Source of the DNA: an uncultured Gemmataceae bacterium
GTDB taxonomy: Bacteria > Planctomycetota > Planctomycetia > Gemmatales > Gemmataceae
Assembly: GCA_963750165.1 (NCBI GenBank)
Contig: CAVVPN010000004.1
Span: 128,001 to 192,000 of the forward strand
Reading direction: 5' to 3'
DNA length: 64,000 bases
In this document: piece by piece, positions 40,927 through 51,293 of the stretch
Position numbering within the stretch: position 1 is the first letter of the stretch
Layout: every line of letters begins with the position of its first letter
Made by a program: the position numbers and the translations under genes
Notes under the pieces: model-generated
What the model saw: the letters and a program-made list of their open reading frames with translations, nothing else
The model's database searches: none
Told to the model about the DNA's origin: nothing

Positions 40927-40932
40927 ATTATA
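40927..40932 (-). promoter_or_regulatory. Sigma-70-type -10 box for the tRNA gene
   Basis: TATAAT about 70 nt upstream of the tRNA in an AT-rich tract; -35 box is poor. Confidence 0.5.
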
Positions 40933-41020
40933 CCCTCGATTCGGGTTCCAGGAACAGTCCACTCAAAATAATTTCTTTTTCGTTCCGACAAAGGTCTGCC
41001 GCAGGAATTTGGCATTCCCA

Positions 41021-41084
41021 GGCGAGCGGCGCGGCGTCAGCCCGCCGGTGCCGGCACCGGCGGGCTGACGCCGCGCCGCTCGCC
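41021..41084. repeat. REP palindrome, GGCGAGCGGCGCGGCGTC family
   Basis: Perfect palindrome ggcgagcggcgcggcgtcagcccgccggtgcc / ggcaccggcgggctgacgccgcgccgctcgcc. Confidence 0.9.
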
Positions 41085-41177
41085 AAAATCCTGCGGCACA
41101 TCGTTCCGACAACCTTTGCACTGACAGCTTTCAATCAATTCATATTGTGCCCAGCCATTTCAAAGGAGGGCTGGCTC

Positions 41178-41507
41178 ATGCGAACGTTGTTCAGCGGGCT
41201 TCTGGTCTGCGCTGGGCTCTGGGCAATTTGCGGCTGCGGAACGCTCCTCGAAACGGTTGATCGTGAATCCAGAGAAGGTCGCGGCAGCCCCCCTGCGGTT
41301 TACGCTGGGGTTCAATTTGATGCACGGGTTCTCGCCGCAACCCCCGAGCTTCTCCAACGCCCGGATGAGAATCCGGCGCTGATAGCCCTGTGTGCTGCCT
41401 TCTGGCTGTTTGACTTGCCAGTCTCGGCTATCGTAGACACCCTGGCTCTACCATTCTCTCTCAGTGCCGCCGCCGGTCGGGTGGAAAAAGGCGGCGCGGT
41501 TCAATAA
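41178..41507 (+). CDS. YceK/YidQ-family lipoprotein
   Basis: AAGGAGG RBS, GCGT lipobox, VYAGV.FD, DLP.SAI.DTL.LP. Confidence 0.85.
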   Translation: MRTLFSGLLVCAGLWAICGCGTLLETVDRESREGRGSPPAVYAGVQFDARVLAATPELLQRPDENPALIALCAAFWLFDLPVSAIVDTLALPFSLSAAAGRVEKGGAVQ

Positions 41508-41602
41508 CACGACTTTGCCCAATTCGCGTTCTTGAGCCGCGCACTGCTCTGACGGGGACAGGCACGAGCATCGTAAGTCTGTCGGTGCGGTCCAGCACCG
41601 GC

Positions 41603-42985
41603 CTACGGCGTCCGGTACAACACGCCGCCCTTCATCACCAACCGCACCCGCCGCAGCGCCGTGATGTCCTGCGTCGGGTCGCCCTCGACGGCGACGAGGT
41701 CCGCGAGCAACCCCGGCTGTGCTGCCCCAAGCGTTTTCCGCAGGCCCATCACCTTCGCGTTGTCCGACGTGGCCGCTTTCAGCGCCTGCACCGGCGTCAT
41801 GCCATAGTCCACCATCAGTTCCAGCTCGCGCGCCTGGTCGCCGTGAGCGAACACGCCCACATCGCTGCCGTTGATGATGGTCACGCCCGCCTGCAGCGCC
41901 GCCTGGAAGCTGGCCCGGTGCGCCTTCAGCGCCGCCGTCTCCGGGTTGCCTGGACGCCAGCCGCCGTACTTCGCCATCGCCTCGGTGGCCGCCAGCGTTG
42001 GGCACAGCGCCACGCCGCGGTTGGCCAGCAACTGCATCACCTCCAGGTCACCCTCGGTGCCGTGCTCGATGGTCGCGACGCCCGCCAGCGCCGCCAGCTT
42101 CATGCCCTCCTTGGTCGTGGCGTGCGCCGACACCGGCACCTTCGCCTGGCCGGCCACCTCGACGATGCGTTTCATCTCCTGCAGCGTGAATGTCGGCCGG
42201 GCACCGCGGCCGGGGCCCCAGAAAAAGTCCGCGTAAAACTTGATCCAATCGGCGCCGCGGGCGATCTGGTCGCGGATCACGCGGATCAGCGCATCCATGC
42301 CATCGGCCTCCTCGGCGCCCTGCGGCACGCGAATCTCCGGCGTGAACGATCTCGGCGCGTAGCTGCCGGTGGCGACGATGGCCTTCGTCACGACCAGCAG
42401 CCGCGGCCCCGGGATGATGTTCTGCTCGATGGCCTGCTTGAGCCCCACGTCGGCGTAGCCGGCCCCCTCGGTGCCGAGGTCGCGCATGGTGGTGAAGCCC
42501 GCCAGCAGGCCGGCGCGGGCGTGGTTGGTGGCCCGGCAAATCCGCAGCGCCAGCGGCTCCTTGAGCACCTGGTCGTCCCACTTCGCCTCGTTGTACGGGT
42601 GCAGCAGCAGGTGCGAATGGGCGTCGATCAGGCCGGGCAGCAGCGTCATGTTGGGCAGGTCAATGACGCGAGCGCCGGGCGGCAGCGTGACCTGATCGGC
42701 GGGGCCGGCGTCGGCGATTTTGTCGCCGCGGACGACGACCACCCAGCCGGCGTGCGGCTTCGGGCTGACGCCATCGTAGACGCGGGCCGGCTTGAGGACC
42801 GTGACCGCGGTGGCCTTCGGCTTGCCCTTGCCTTTCCCTCGCGCGGGAGTGGCCGTCTCGAACTCGGCGGCGAAAGCGTTGCGAGGCTTCTTCGGTTGAG
42901 GCGAGTTGATTTGGGCCGTCGGCTCTTGAGCGCAACCCAGCACGACGACGCCCAGCAGCAGGCAGACGAAAGATGAGCGGTTCAT
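41603..42985 (-). CDS. Amidohydrolase family protein (Xaa-Pro dipeptidase-like), exported
   Basis: [48 protein letters not shown]. Confidence 0.93.
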   Translation of the reverse strand: MNRSSFVCLLLGVVVLGCAQEPTAQINSPQPKKPRNAFAAEFETATPARGKGKGKPKATAVTVLKPARVYDGVSPKPHAGWVVVVRGDKIADAGPADQVTLPPGARVIDLPNMTLLPGLIDAHSHLLLHPYNEAKWDDQVLKEPLALRICRATNHARAGLLAGFTTMRDLGTEGAGYADVGLKQAIEQNIIPGPRLLVVTKAIVATGSYAPRSFTPEIRVPQGAEEADGMDALIRVIRDQIARGADWIKFYADFFWGPGRGARPTFTLQEMKRIVEVAGQAKVPVSAHATTKEGMKLAALAGVATIEHGTEGDLEVMQLLANRGVALCPTLAATEAMAKYGGWRPGNPETAALKAHRASFQAALQAGVTIINGSDVGVFAHGDQARELELMVDYGMTPVQALKAATSDNAKVMGLRKTLGAAQPGLLADLVAVEGDPTQDITALRRVRLVMKGGVLYRTP

Positions 42986-43213
42986 TGAGTCCTTCCTCTC
43001 GGAGCCTGAACGCGAAGGGGTTCACTCTTTTGCTTGGACAGTAAATAATTCGCCAGGATGTTGGATACAGGTGACCATTTCTTTCCTCATCTCGATTTCA
43101 CAAATGCAATAGTCAATGCACAACCGGCTGATCGGTAGTTCGGATAATGGCGTTTACTTCTCGTGCTGTCGGCGGGCCAAACGTAAATGAAGTCAACCTG
43201 TCTCCGGCCGTTT

Positions 43214-44545
43214 TCAGCCCGGCTCGCTGAGCGCCGCCCGGTGGCGGACGCGCGGCAGCAACGGCAGCATGAGCAGCAGCAGCGCCGCCCCAACGGCGTA
43301 GGGCAACAGATGCGACGCCTCCGCCTTGTACAGCACCAGGCCGATGAACGGCCCCAGAATGCGCGCCAGCGCTGACGCCGACTGGTTCACGCCCAGAATT
43401 TCGCCCTGCCGCCCCGGGTCGCTGAGCCGCGAGATCAGCGCCTGGATCGACGGCGTCAGGAACGCGAAGCCGACCACCGCCACCGTCAGGCTCGCCAGGA
43501 AGCACGCCAGCAGCAACTCGAACTCCGGCCGCGCCCCCGCCCCGGTCAGCACCGCCACCACGCCCAGGCTCGCCACGCCCAGACCCATCAGCCCGATGCC
43601 GATCGCCATGAACGTCAGCTCGCTGAGGCGCCGCGCCAGCCGGCGGTACAGGAAGCCCTGCGTCATCAACAGCACGAAGCCGACGTAGGCGAACACCAGG
43701 AAATTGTCCTTGTCCGGCAGCTGCAGAATGTCCTTGTTCAGCAGCGACAGCGTTGCCTCGAAGCTGCCGAAGCCGAACGTCGCCAGGAAGAAGATCAACA
43801 CCAGCGTGCCGACGGCGGCGTCGCGGAAGGTGTGCCGCAGCGCCAGCACGTTGAAGCGCTTTTTGACCTGCGAATAATCGCTGGCGGCGCGCGTCTCCGG
43901 CAGCAGCGCCACGGCCAGCGCCAGCGCCAGCCCCGACAGCGCCGCCGCCACGTAGCCGACGGCCCCGAGCACCTGCGGGAACCACTGCAGCGCCGCGAAG
44001 CCCACCAGCGGCCCGAACGTGAAACCGATGCCGAACGCCGCCCCGATCAGCGCCATGCCGTGCTTGCGCTTCTCCGGCGGCGTGCTGTCCGCGATCACCG
44101 CCTGCGCCGTGCCGATGGTCGCCCCCGCCGCCCCGGCCCCGAGCCGGGCCAGGAACAGCAGCAGCAGCGCCAGCTGCGGCTGCTCGTCGCTGCGCTCCAG
44201 CCCCTCGCCCAGCAGGAAATAGAACACGACCGAGCCGGCCAGGCCAACCAGCAGCACCGGCCGCCGGCCGATCCGATCCGACAGCTGGCCCCACAGCGGC
44301 GCGAACACGAACTGCATCGCCGAGAAGGACGACATCAACAGGCCCAACAGCGCCCCCGCCAGCGCATCGCCGTAATGCAACTGCCCCTGCAACAGTTCGT
44401 CGCCAAAGCGCGGCAGCAGCGGCAGGACAATGCCGAAGCCCAGCAGGTCGATGAACACGACCAGGAAAACGATGCCCAGCGCTGCGTGGTTGCTGCGCGG
44501 CGACGGCGGGGGCGGGGTCGCGGTGATTGACACTTCGGGTTGCAT
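43214..44545 (-). CDS. MFS transporter, TetA/DHA1-like
   Basis: FIDLLGFGIVLPLLP, G.LSDRIGRRPVL (motif A), G..GAAFGIGF..GP..G (motif C). Confidence 0.93.
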   Translation of the reverse strand: MQPEVSITATPPPPSPRSNHAALGIVFLVVFIDLLGFGIVLPLLPRFGDELLQGQLHYGDALAGALLGLLMSSFSAMQFVFAPLWGQLSDRIGRRPVLLVGLAGSVVFYFLLGEGLERSDEQPQLALLLLFLARLGAGAAGATIGTAQAVIADSTPPEKRKHGMALIGAAFGIGFTFGPLVGFAALQWFPQVLGAVGYVAAALSGLALALAVALLPETRAASDYSQVKKRFNVLALRHTFRDAAVGTLVLIFFLATFGFGSFEATLSLLNKDILQLPDKDNFLVFAYVGFVLLMTQGFLYRRLARRLSELTFMAIGIGLMGLGVASLGVVAVLTGAGARPEFELLLACFLASLTVAVVGFAFLTPSIQALISRLSDPGRQGEILGVNQSASALARILGPFIGLVLYKAEASHLLPYAVGAALLLLMLPLLPRVRHRAALSEPG

Positions 44546-44587
44546 GGTTAGCCTTTTTCCGCTCCGGGCTGCTAAAGCGTATGCCCT

Positions 44588-44655
44588 GCGTGTAGCGGAA
44601 GTCGCCAGACTTCCGAACGGCGCCGGACGGAAGTCTGGCGACTTCCGCTACACGC
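44588..44655. repeat. GTAG-type REP doublet
   Basis: gcgtgtagcggaagtcgccagacttccg / cggaagtctggcgacttccgctacacgc. Confidence 0.88.
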
Positions 44656-44867
44656 GGGGCAACTCGCGCTAGACAAACATCAACATCTGTTCATTCATCC
44701 ACGGCGCCGCGGCGTCGCTCCAGGTCGCGCCGTTCCCACAGTCGCTAGACTGCGACCGTCGTGCCGATATTTCCGCGCCGCGGCCGCCGGACTGTCGTTG
44801 ACCCCATCGCGGTCGTGCGGCATCTTTACCCGATGCGACTGCGTGTACTGCTGTACGGGATGCAATC

Positions 44868-45716
44868 ATGGCCGCCTTTGACACCTTTGGGACGAAGACT
44901 CTCAGTGACACCAGTGCCCCGCCCACCTTCCTGATTCTCGACACCGAGAGCGTGCCCGACGGCCGGCTGCTGGCGAAGATCAAGTATCCCGGCGCGGACC
45001 TGCCGCCCGAGGAGGCGATCCGCCGCGCCCAGGACGAGGCCCGCGACCGCTCGCACACCGGCTCCGATTTTCTGCCGGTCAGCTTTCACTTCCCCGTGGC
45101 GGTGTGCATCCTCCGCGTCGGTCTGGACTACGGCCTGCAGGCGCTGACCTGCCTGGACGCGCCGCACTTCCGGCCGCGGAAGATCGTGGAGGAGTTCTGG
45201 CGCGGCGTGGCGAGTTACAAGGAGAAGTATAAGGAACGGGTGAAACTCGTCACCTTCAACGGCCGCGGCTTCGACCTGCCGCTGCTCGAACTGGCGGCGT
45301 TCCGCTACGGTTGTGCCGGCCGCGATTACTTCCTCAGCAGCCGCAACCGCTTCGGCGGCGGTCATGTCGATCTGATGGACTGGCTGACGAATTTCGGCGC
45401 GGTGCGCATGGCGGGCGGCCTCGATCTGCTGTCGAAGTTGCTCGGCAAGCCGGGCAAGATGGAGGTGGCGGGCGATCAGGTGTATCAGATGCATCTGGCC
45501 GGTAAATTGCAGGAGATCAACGACTACTGCATGTTCGACACGCTGGACACGTACTTCGTGTTCCTGCGAACGCGGGTGATGACCGGCGAGTTGACGCTGG
45601 AGCAGGAGCACGCCGCGGTGGTCCGTGCCAAGCAGTGGCTCACCGGCAAGGCGGACGATGTGCCGGCGCTCAAGCAGTACCTCGACAACTGGAGCGAGTG
45701 GGAGCCGTGGCCGTGA
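44868..45716 (+). CDS. PolB-like 3'-5' exonuclease (DEDDy)
   Basis: ExoI LDTES, ExoII FNGRGFDLP, H.DLMD, GKPGK, ExoIII YC..D. Confidence 0.88.
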   Translation: MAAFDTFGTKTLSDTSAPPTFLILDTESVPDGRLLAKIKYPGADLPPEEAIRRAQDEARDRSHTGSDFLPVSFHFPVAVCILRVGLDYGLQALTCLDAPHFRPRKIVEEFWRGVASYKEKYKERVKLVTFNGRGFDLPLLELAAFRYGCAGRDYFLSSRNRFGGGHVDLMDWLTNFGAVRMAGGLDLLSKLLGKPGKMEVAGDQVYQMHLAGKLQEINDYCMFDTLDTYFVFLRTRVMTGELTLEQEHAAVVRAKQWLTGKADDVPALKQYLDNWSEWEPWP

Positions 45717-45717
45717 T

Positions 45718-45912
45718 GTCGCAGACGCCCATGACCATCCGCTCGTGGCGCCAGAGCAGCAGCTCAAACGCATTGGCGTCCCCGGTGGCGGCGAAGTGCC
45801 GGAGCAACTCCCCGTCCTGGGTGTCCGCACTCGCGTGCCTGGACGTCAGGTGATGGATCAGGTCTGCAACGGGGGGGTCGATGTAACCGGAGCAGATTGG
45901 CGGAATTGCCAT
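45718..45912 (-). pseudogene. 5' remnant of a Gemmata-type ECF sigma factor gene
   Basis: Translates ...DTQDGELLRHFAATGDANAFELLLWRHERMVMGVC, then similarity stops at the exonuclease stop codon. Confidence 0.7.
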
Positions 45913-46155
45913 ACGCGCGGAGGTGGGGCGGACCGAAATACGCAAACTCCGAGCCGCCGGAGGCGACGTCCATCGCCGTGCCGCGTTGCTCTTCTTAATC
46001 CTCGGCAGGCGGCCGGCAGAAAAGCATGCCCAAAACGCGCAAGCGCGGGCGGAGGCCGCGTGTACTATCAGAAGGCTCGGGCGGCAGCGAGCCCCAGGGA
46101 ACTTTGGCTCAAGACCGTTTGGAGTCTTGGAAGCCTTGCCAGGAGAACGACGACC

Positions 46156-46632
46156 ATGAAGACGATCAGTCTGCGTATCTTCGGAGCCCTTCTTGTCCCG
46201 GGTGTGCTGTGGGTGATCGTGCCCGGCGTCCGGGCGGATGACCCCATTGATCGTGTGAACGCAACAGGCCAGTATCAAGCCGAACTATTCCGGGAAACGG
46301 TGCAGCAATACCAGGATCTGCGGACTTTTGCTGACGAAATGAACCGCATGCGGCAGGACACGCAACCGGCACCGCCGGTGGCAGGACCGGTGGCGGTCCC
46401 GCCGAAAGCGCCGGTGGCAGGACCGGTGGCTGCCCGTCAGGTTAGGTTTCCCCCACAAGCGGTCCCGCAGCAGCGCCCGATGCCGCTGGATCCCGTTGCG
46501 TTTCAGCAGATGGTGCGCCAGAATCAGGAGAAGGTGCGCCAGCAGATTATGCAAACGCAACAGCAGATTCTGCAAAGGCACCAGGAAATTATCCAACAAC
46601 AACAGCAGCACATCATGCGCGTGCCGCAGTAG
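46156..46632 (+). CDS. Secreted Gln/Pro-rich hypothetical protein
   Basis: AGGAG RBS, signal peptide ending VRA-DD, PVAGPVA twice, Gln-rich tail. Confidence 0.65.
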   Translation: MKTISLRIFGALLVPGVLWVIVPGVRADDPIDRVNATGQYQAELFRETVQQYQDLRTFADEMNRMRQDTQPAPPVAGPVAVPPKAPVAGPVAARQVRFPPQAVPQQRPMPLDPVAFQQMVRQNQEKVRQQIMQTQQQILQRHQEIIQQQQQHIMRVPQ

Positions 46633-46924
46633 GACACAGTTAGGTCGAATGGCATATCAGGGATTTGGCTGAAGCTGTTGGATCGGTCCTGCTTCGCAGT
46701 CGGCCGGTTCCATCGCAAGGGCCAGCCAGATCCCCCGATCGTCCCGGAATGCCGTCAGCTTTTGGGTGCGTCGGTCGGATCGACATGCGCGCGCAAGCCG
46801 AAGGACCCAGCGTGCGGAGGTCCGACGCACTTTCTGGCCTACCGTTGCACTGACGTGGTGGCACGTCTGAGACCAGAATCCTGTCCTTATGTATCAGATG
46901 CAAGAGTTCCGATTGCTTTCGCAG

Positions 46925-47894
46925 TCATGACGTAACCACATATCGCTTTGGGATTTCGGCTCCGGCCACGAAGCTTAACTTCCCGATCTTGCACATCTGG
47001 TACACGTTAATGCGGAAGTCCGGACAGGTGCTGACCAGGCAATACGCGTCCGTCGGTGTGAAGCCGTGCTCGCTGATGAGCCAGTCCATCAGGTGGAACG
47101 TCGCGGTCTCGACGGCGACCTCCAGCGGCCGCGCCGCGAACAGCGCCACCAGCGCCGCCGGCTTCTCGATGCGCATCCACGGTATCCGCTTGCCCTTGAT
47201 GAGGTCCAGCTGCGACGCGCACGGTCGCCTTGGTCTCGGCGGCGGTGCCGGTGAACTCGGTGTCGCCCTGGCTGGCGTGAACGTCGCCAAGGTAGAACAG
47301 CGCTCCCGGATGGTGGATCGGCAGGTAAATCCGGTTGCCGGGACACACGTCGCGGATGTCGAGGTTGCCGCCCCATTCGCCCTGGCCGTCGATGCTGGTG
47401 GTCACCTCGCGATCCGGAGCGACGCCCAGCGTGCCGACGAACGGCGTGATCGGCCACGACAGCCGGTCGTTGAAGTGCAGTGTGCCGTCGCGCGTCGTGC
47501 CGCTGGGGCCGGGCGTATGGCGGAACACCTTGGTCGTGTAGCCGGCGGACAGCTCCGGCCAGCGCGTCGATTCGCCCAGCGGGCCGCGCTTCGGGCCAAT
47601 GGCGATCCACGAAGAATCGTCCACCAGAATGTCTTCCAGGACGACCACGAGCGTGTCGCCGCGCTCCGCCCCGTGCAGGTAGACCGGGCCGCCGATGGGG
47701 TTGGCCTGCGGCGGCGTGCGGTCGAAGCCGGGCCGCTGTGCCGGGATGGCCTTGTCGGCGGGCGTCTTGAAGTAGCCGGTGCTGGCGTCGTAGGTCTCGA
47801 CCTCGAAGCTTTCGCCGGGCCGCACTCGCAGCAGCGGTTCATCGCGCCAGTCGAAAGCGTATTTGCGGGCCTGTTCGCGGAGGATGCGTTGCAC
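46925..47894 (-). CDS. Acetamidase/formamidase family protein; frameshift ~47214
   Basis: V.PGE...VET.D, NP..GPV...GAE.GD.L.V, PF.GT.GVAP, GGNLD, GD.HA.QGD.E..G.A.E. GTG start inferred. Confidence 0.88.
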
Positions 47895-48061
47895 GGGATG
47901 CCGTCCGTTCCTGGGGTTGGTGGGATCTGCACAGGGTTTCGTCAACCGTTGTCCCGGCCGGGCGAGCTTCCGTATGATGCAAGGGACCGCGGGCCGAACA
48001 ATCACTGCACAGGCAAATTTGCTTGGCCGGGTCGGTCGCTGTCAAGCGGAAAATCCGTGAA

Positions 48062-48965
48062 ATGAGCGAAGGCCAAACTTCCGTCAGCCATCCCCTGACG
48101 CCACCGCTGTTGACCACCATCGCCGCCGCCCGCCAGGCCGTCGCGGACGCCCGGGGCCGCGGCCTGACCGTCGGCCTTGTGCCGACCCTCGGCGCCCTGC
48201 ACGCCGGCCATGCCAGCCTGCTCCGCGCCGCCCGCGCCGAAACCGACTTCGTCGTCGCCTCGATCTTCGTCAACCCGACGCAGTTCGGCCCCCACGAGGA
48301 CTTCCATCGCTACCCGCGGCCGCTGGAACAGGACCTCGCCCGCTGCGCCGCCGAGCGCGTGGACGCCGTCTTCCACCCCGACGTGGAAACCATGTATCCC
48401 GAGCCGTTTTACACCTTCGTGGAGGTGCCGACGGTGCAGGACGGCCTGTGCGGCGGCCGCCGGCCGGGCCACTTCCGCGGCGTCGCCACGGTGGTGCTCA
48501 AGCTGCTCAACATCGTCCGGCCCGACGTGCTTTACCTCGGCCAGAAGGACGCCCAGCAGGTGCGCAGTGCTGCGGCAAATGGTCCGCGATTTGAATGTCG
48601 AAGTTGCGGTCCGCGAGTGCCCCACGGTGCGCGAGCCAGACGGGCTAGCACTCAGTTCGCGCAACCAGTATCTTGACGCTGACCAGCGCCGGCACGCCCC
48701 CGCGCTGTACCGGGCGCTGGCGGAAGTGCGGCGGCGGATCGAGGCCGGCGAGCGCGACGCGGCGGCACTGCGGCGGCTGCTGGCGGAGCGCGTCACCGCC
48801 ACGCCGGGGGCTCGGCTGGATTACGCGGAGGTCGTGGACGGCGCGACGCTGCGGCCGCTGGATCGGCTGTGCGGCGAAGTCCTGGTCGCCCTGGCGGTCT
48901 TCTTCGGCAGCACGCGCCTGATTGATAATGTTCTTCTTCACCTGCCCGCGGCGTCGGAAGGATGA
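48062..48965 (+). CDS. panC: Pantoate--beta-alanine ligase; frameshift ~48566
   Basis: VPT.GALHAGH, SIFVNPTQF, RPGHFRGVATVV.KL, GQKDAQQ, REPDGLALSSRN, TRLIDN. Confidence 0.95.
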
Positions 48966-49042
48966 AGGATGAAGGACGAAGGATGAATAAAGACGGGGTG
49001 CATTGGTCTTTATTCATCCTTCATCCTTCATCCTTCATCCTT
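48958..49042. repeat. Hairpin with heptamer (GAAGGAT)n arms
   Basis: 37-bp arms 48958-48994 and 49006-49042, one mismatch; contains the panC stop codon. Confidence 0.92.
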
Positions 49043-49058
49043 GTTTTGAGGGGCCCTC

Positions 49059-50672
49059 ATGGTGCATCTCCTGTTCGGTCCTGAAGTCCGCCTGATGCTG
49101 CAGGAGAACGACGCCGACGGCATGGCCGCGTTCCTGGAGACGCTGCACCCCGCCACCGTCGCCGAGGCCCTGGCCGATGAGGCCCTCACCGTCGAGGAAG
49201 TCTGGCGCTTCCTCAAGCACACCAACGTCCGCACCCAGGCCGCCATCTTCGAGTATTTCCCCATCGAGTTGCAGGTCAAGCTGGCCGAGGGCGCCGGCCG
49301 CCAGGACATGGCCCACCTGATCGAGAAGATGTCGCACGACGACCGGGCCGATCTGCTCCGCCGCCTGATGCCGCGCGTCGTCGAGAGCCTGCTGCGCCTG
49401 GTGGACGAGGCCGACCGCCGGGACATCGCCCAGCTGGTCAGCTACCCCGAGCACTCCGCCGGGGCGCTGATGACCACCGACTACGCCTGGGTGCCGGCCA
49501 GCATCACCGTCGGCGAGGCGCTCGACCGGCTCCGCCTGCAAGCCCCCGACCGCGAGACGATCTATTACGTCTTCGTGCTCGACGACCAGCGCAAGCTGCA
49601 GGGGGTGGTGTCGCTGCGCGACCTGATCCTGGCGCCGCGGCACACGCTCATCCGTGACATCATGGACAAGGAGGCGGTGACCGTGAAGGTTACCGACGAC
49701 CCCGAGCACGTCGCCGCGGAACTGGCCCGCTACGACCTGATCGCCATCCCGGTGGTGGATGCTGACGGCCGGCTGATCGGCATCGTCACGCACGACGACG
49801 TGATCGACGTGGTGGTGCAGGAGGCGACCGAGGACGTGTATCGCATGGGGGCGGTCGGGCCGCTGGCGGAGAACTACCTGGAGGCCAACTTCTTCAAGGT
49901 GTGGCGCAACCGGGCGGTGTGGCTGGCGTGCCTGTTCATCGCCGAACTGTTCACGTTCACGGCGCTGGCACACTTCGAGGACGCCATCAAGGCCATCGTG
50001 GTGCTCAGCCTGTTCGTGCCGCTGTGCATCTCGACGGGTGGCAATTCCGGCTCGCAGGCGGCGACGCTCATCACCCGCGCCATGGCGCTGGGCCAGGTGG
50101 ACGTGGGCGACTGGTGGCGAGTGCTGCGGCACGAGCTCGTCATGGGCGTGGCGCTGGGGCTGGCGCTGGGCGTGATCGGCTTCGCCCGCGCGGCGATCAC
50201 GACCACCGACACGCTGAGCAGTCCCGAGAAGCGCACCGAACCCTTCTTCATCCGCGTCCCCAAGAACCAGCCGCTGGCCCCGGACAGCGCCGGCGCCTTC
50301 GACGTGCCCACCGGAATCGGGGCGGAGGACGTGACGAAGGTTCACAAGAAGATGGTCGTCACGCTGCCGAAGGATGGTTCGGCGGGGAAGGTCAAGGTGC
50401 GCGAAGAGGGCAATCACCTGCTCTACGAATTCCCGGCCGACTCGGAGGTCAGCACGGAGGCGGTGAGCCGCTGGAGCCTGGCCATCGTCATCGCCCAGGC
50501 GGTGTGTCTGATCTGCCTGTGGGGCACGCTGGTCGGCTCGATGCTGCCCATCGCCTTCAGGCGCCTCGGCGTGGACCCGGGCATCGCCTCCAGCCCGTTC
50601 GTGGCCACCTTCGTGGACGTGACCGGGATTGTGATTTACTTCTCGATCGCCAAGGTGTGGTTGTTGAGCTGA
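49059..50672 (+). CDS. mgtE: Magnesium transporter MgtE
   Basis: N-domain, CBS pair (SAGALMTTDY...GIVTHDD), GGNSGSQA, DP..AS.PFVAT.VD..G. Confidence 0.95.
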   Translation: MVHLLFGPEVRLMLQENDADGMAAFLETLHPATVAEALADEALTVEEVWRFLKHTNVRTQAAIFEYFPIELQVKLAEGAGRQDMAHLIEKMSHDDRADLLRRLMPRVVESLLRLVDEADRRDIAQLVSYPEHSAGALMTTDYAWVPASITVGEALDRLRLQAPDRETIYYVFVLDDQRKLQGVVSLRDLILAPRHTLIRDIMDKEAVTVKVTDDPEHVAAELARYDLIAIPVVDADGRLIGIVTHDDVIDVVVQEATEDVYRMGAVGPLAENYLEANFFKVWRNRAVWLACLFIAELFTFTALAHFEDAIKAIVVLSLFVPLCISTGGNSGSQAATLITRAMALGQVDVGDWWRVLRHELVMGVALGLALGVIGFARAAITTTDTLSSPEKRTEPFFIRVPKNQPLAPDSAGAFDVPTGIGAEDVTKVHKKMVVTLPKDGSAGKVKVREEGNHLLYEFPADSEVSTEAVSRWSLAIVIAQAVCLICLWGTLVGSMLPIAFRRLGVDPGIASSPFVATFVDVTGIVIYFSIAKVWLLS

Positions 50673-50676
50673 GGCA

Positions 50677-51264
50677 ATGATGCGGCGTGTGTGCGTGTTT
50701 TGCGGTTCGCGGACGGGCGACGGGCCGGTCTACGCCGACTGCGCCCGGCAACTGGGCGCGGCGCTGGCGCGGCGCGGCCTGGGGTTGGTGTACGGCGCCG
50801 GCAACGTCGGCCTGATGGGCGTGCTAGCCGACGCGGCACTGGCACAGGGCGGTGAGGTGATCGGCGTCATCCCACGGGCGCTGGTGGACCGCGAGCTGGC
50901 CCACGCCGGGCTGTCGCAGCTGCACATCGTCGAAACCATGCACCAGCGCAAGGCGCTGATGGCCGACCTGAGCGACGCCTTCGTGGCGCTGCCGGGCGGT
51001 TACGGGACCGCCGACGAGCTCTTCGAGATCCTGACCTGGGCGCAGCTTGGCATCCACCAAAAGCCCATCGGTCTGGTGAATGTCGCGGCCTTCTTCGACC
51101 CGCTCGTTGCCTGGATCGACCACTGCGTCCGCGCAGGCTTCATCCGGCTCCAGCACCGCGATTTGCTGGCGACGGCCGCGGAGCCTGAAGCCTTGCTCGA
51201 TCTCCTTGCCCGGTTGGAGCCCGTCCCCCAGCTGCCCAAATGGATCGACGACCGGGACCGCTGA
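50677..51264 (+). CDS. LOG family (TIGR00730) nucleotide phosphoribohydrolase
   Basis: VCVFCGS, LVYG.G..GLMG, MHQRK..M...D.F.ALPGG.GT..E. Confidence 0.93.
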   Translation: MMRRVCVFCGSRTGDGPVYADCARQLGAALARRGLGLVYGAGNVGLMGVLADAALAQGGEVIGVIPRALVDRELAHAGLSQLHIVETMHQRKALMADLSDAFVALPGGYGTADELFEILTWAQLGIHQKPIGLVNVAAFFDPLVAWIDHCVRAGFIRLQHRDLLATAAEPEALLDLLARLEPVPQLPKWIDDRDR

Positions 51265-51293
51265 GCGCCTGCGCCGGCTCGGAAACGGACCCC

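Noticed and set aside
40700..41520. Genomic island integrated at tRNA-Met
   Set aside because: No integrase and no duplicated tRNA 3' end in the window; the lower-GC patch lies on the 5' side of the tRNA.
44744..44770. Sigma-28 promoter (GCCGATAT) upstream of the exonuclease gene
   Set aside because: No -35 element at a suitable spacing.
46640..46920. Small ORFs or a degenerate gene between the Gln-rich gene and the acetamidase
   Set aside because: No RBS, atypical codons and no convincing motif in any frame.
1135..48566. Frameshifted genes as true pseudogenes or programmed frameshifts
   Set aside because: Both halves keep intact motifs without stop codons, housekeeping genes are affected, and no slippery heptamers are seen. 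Sequencing error is the simpler explanation.
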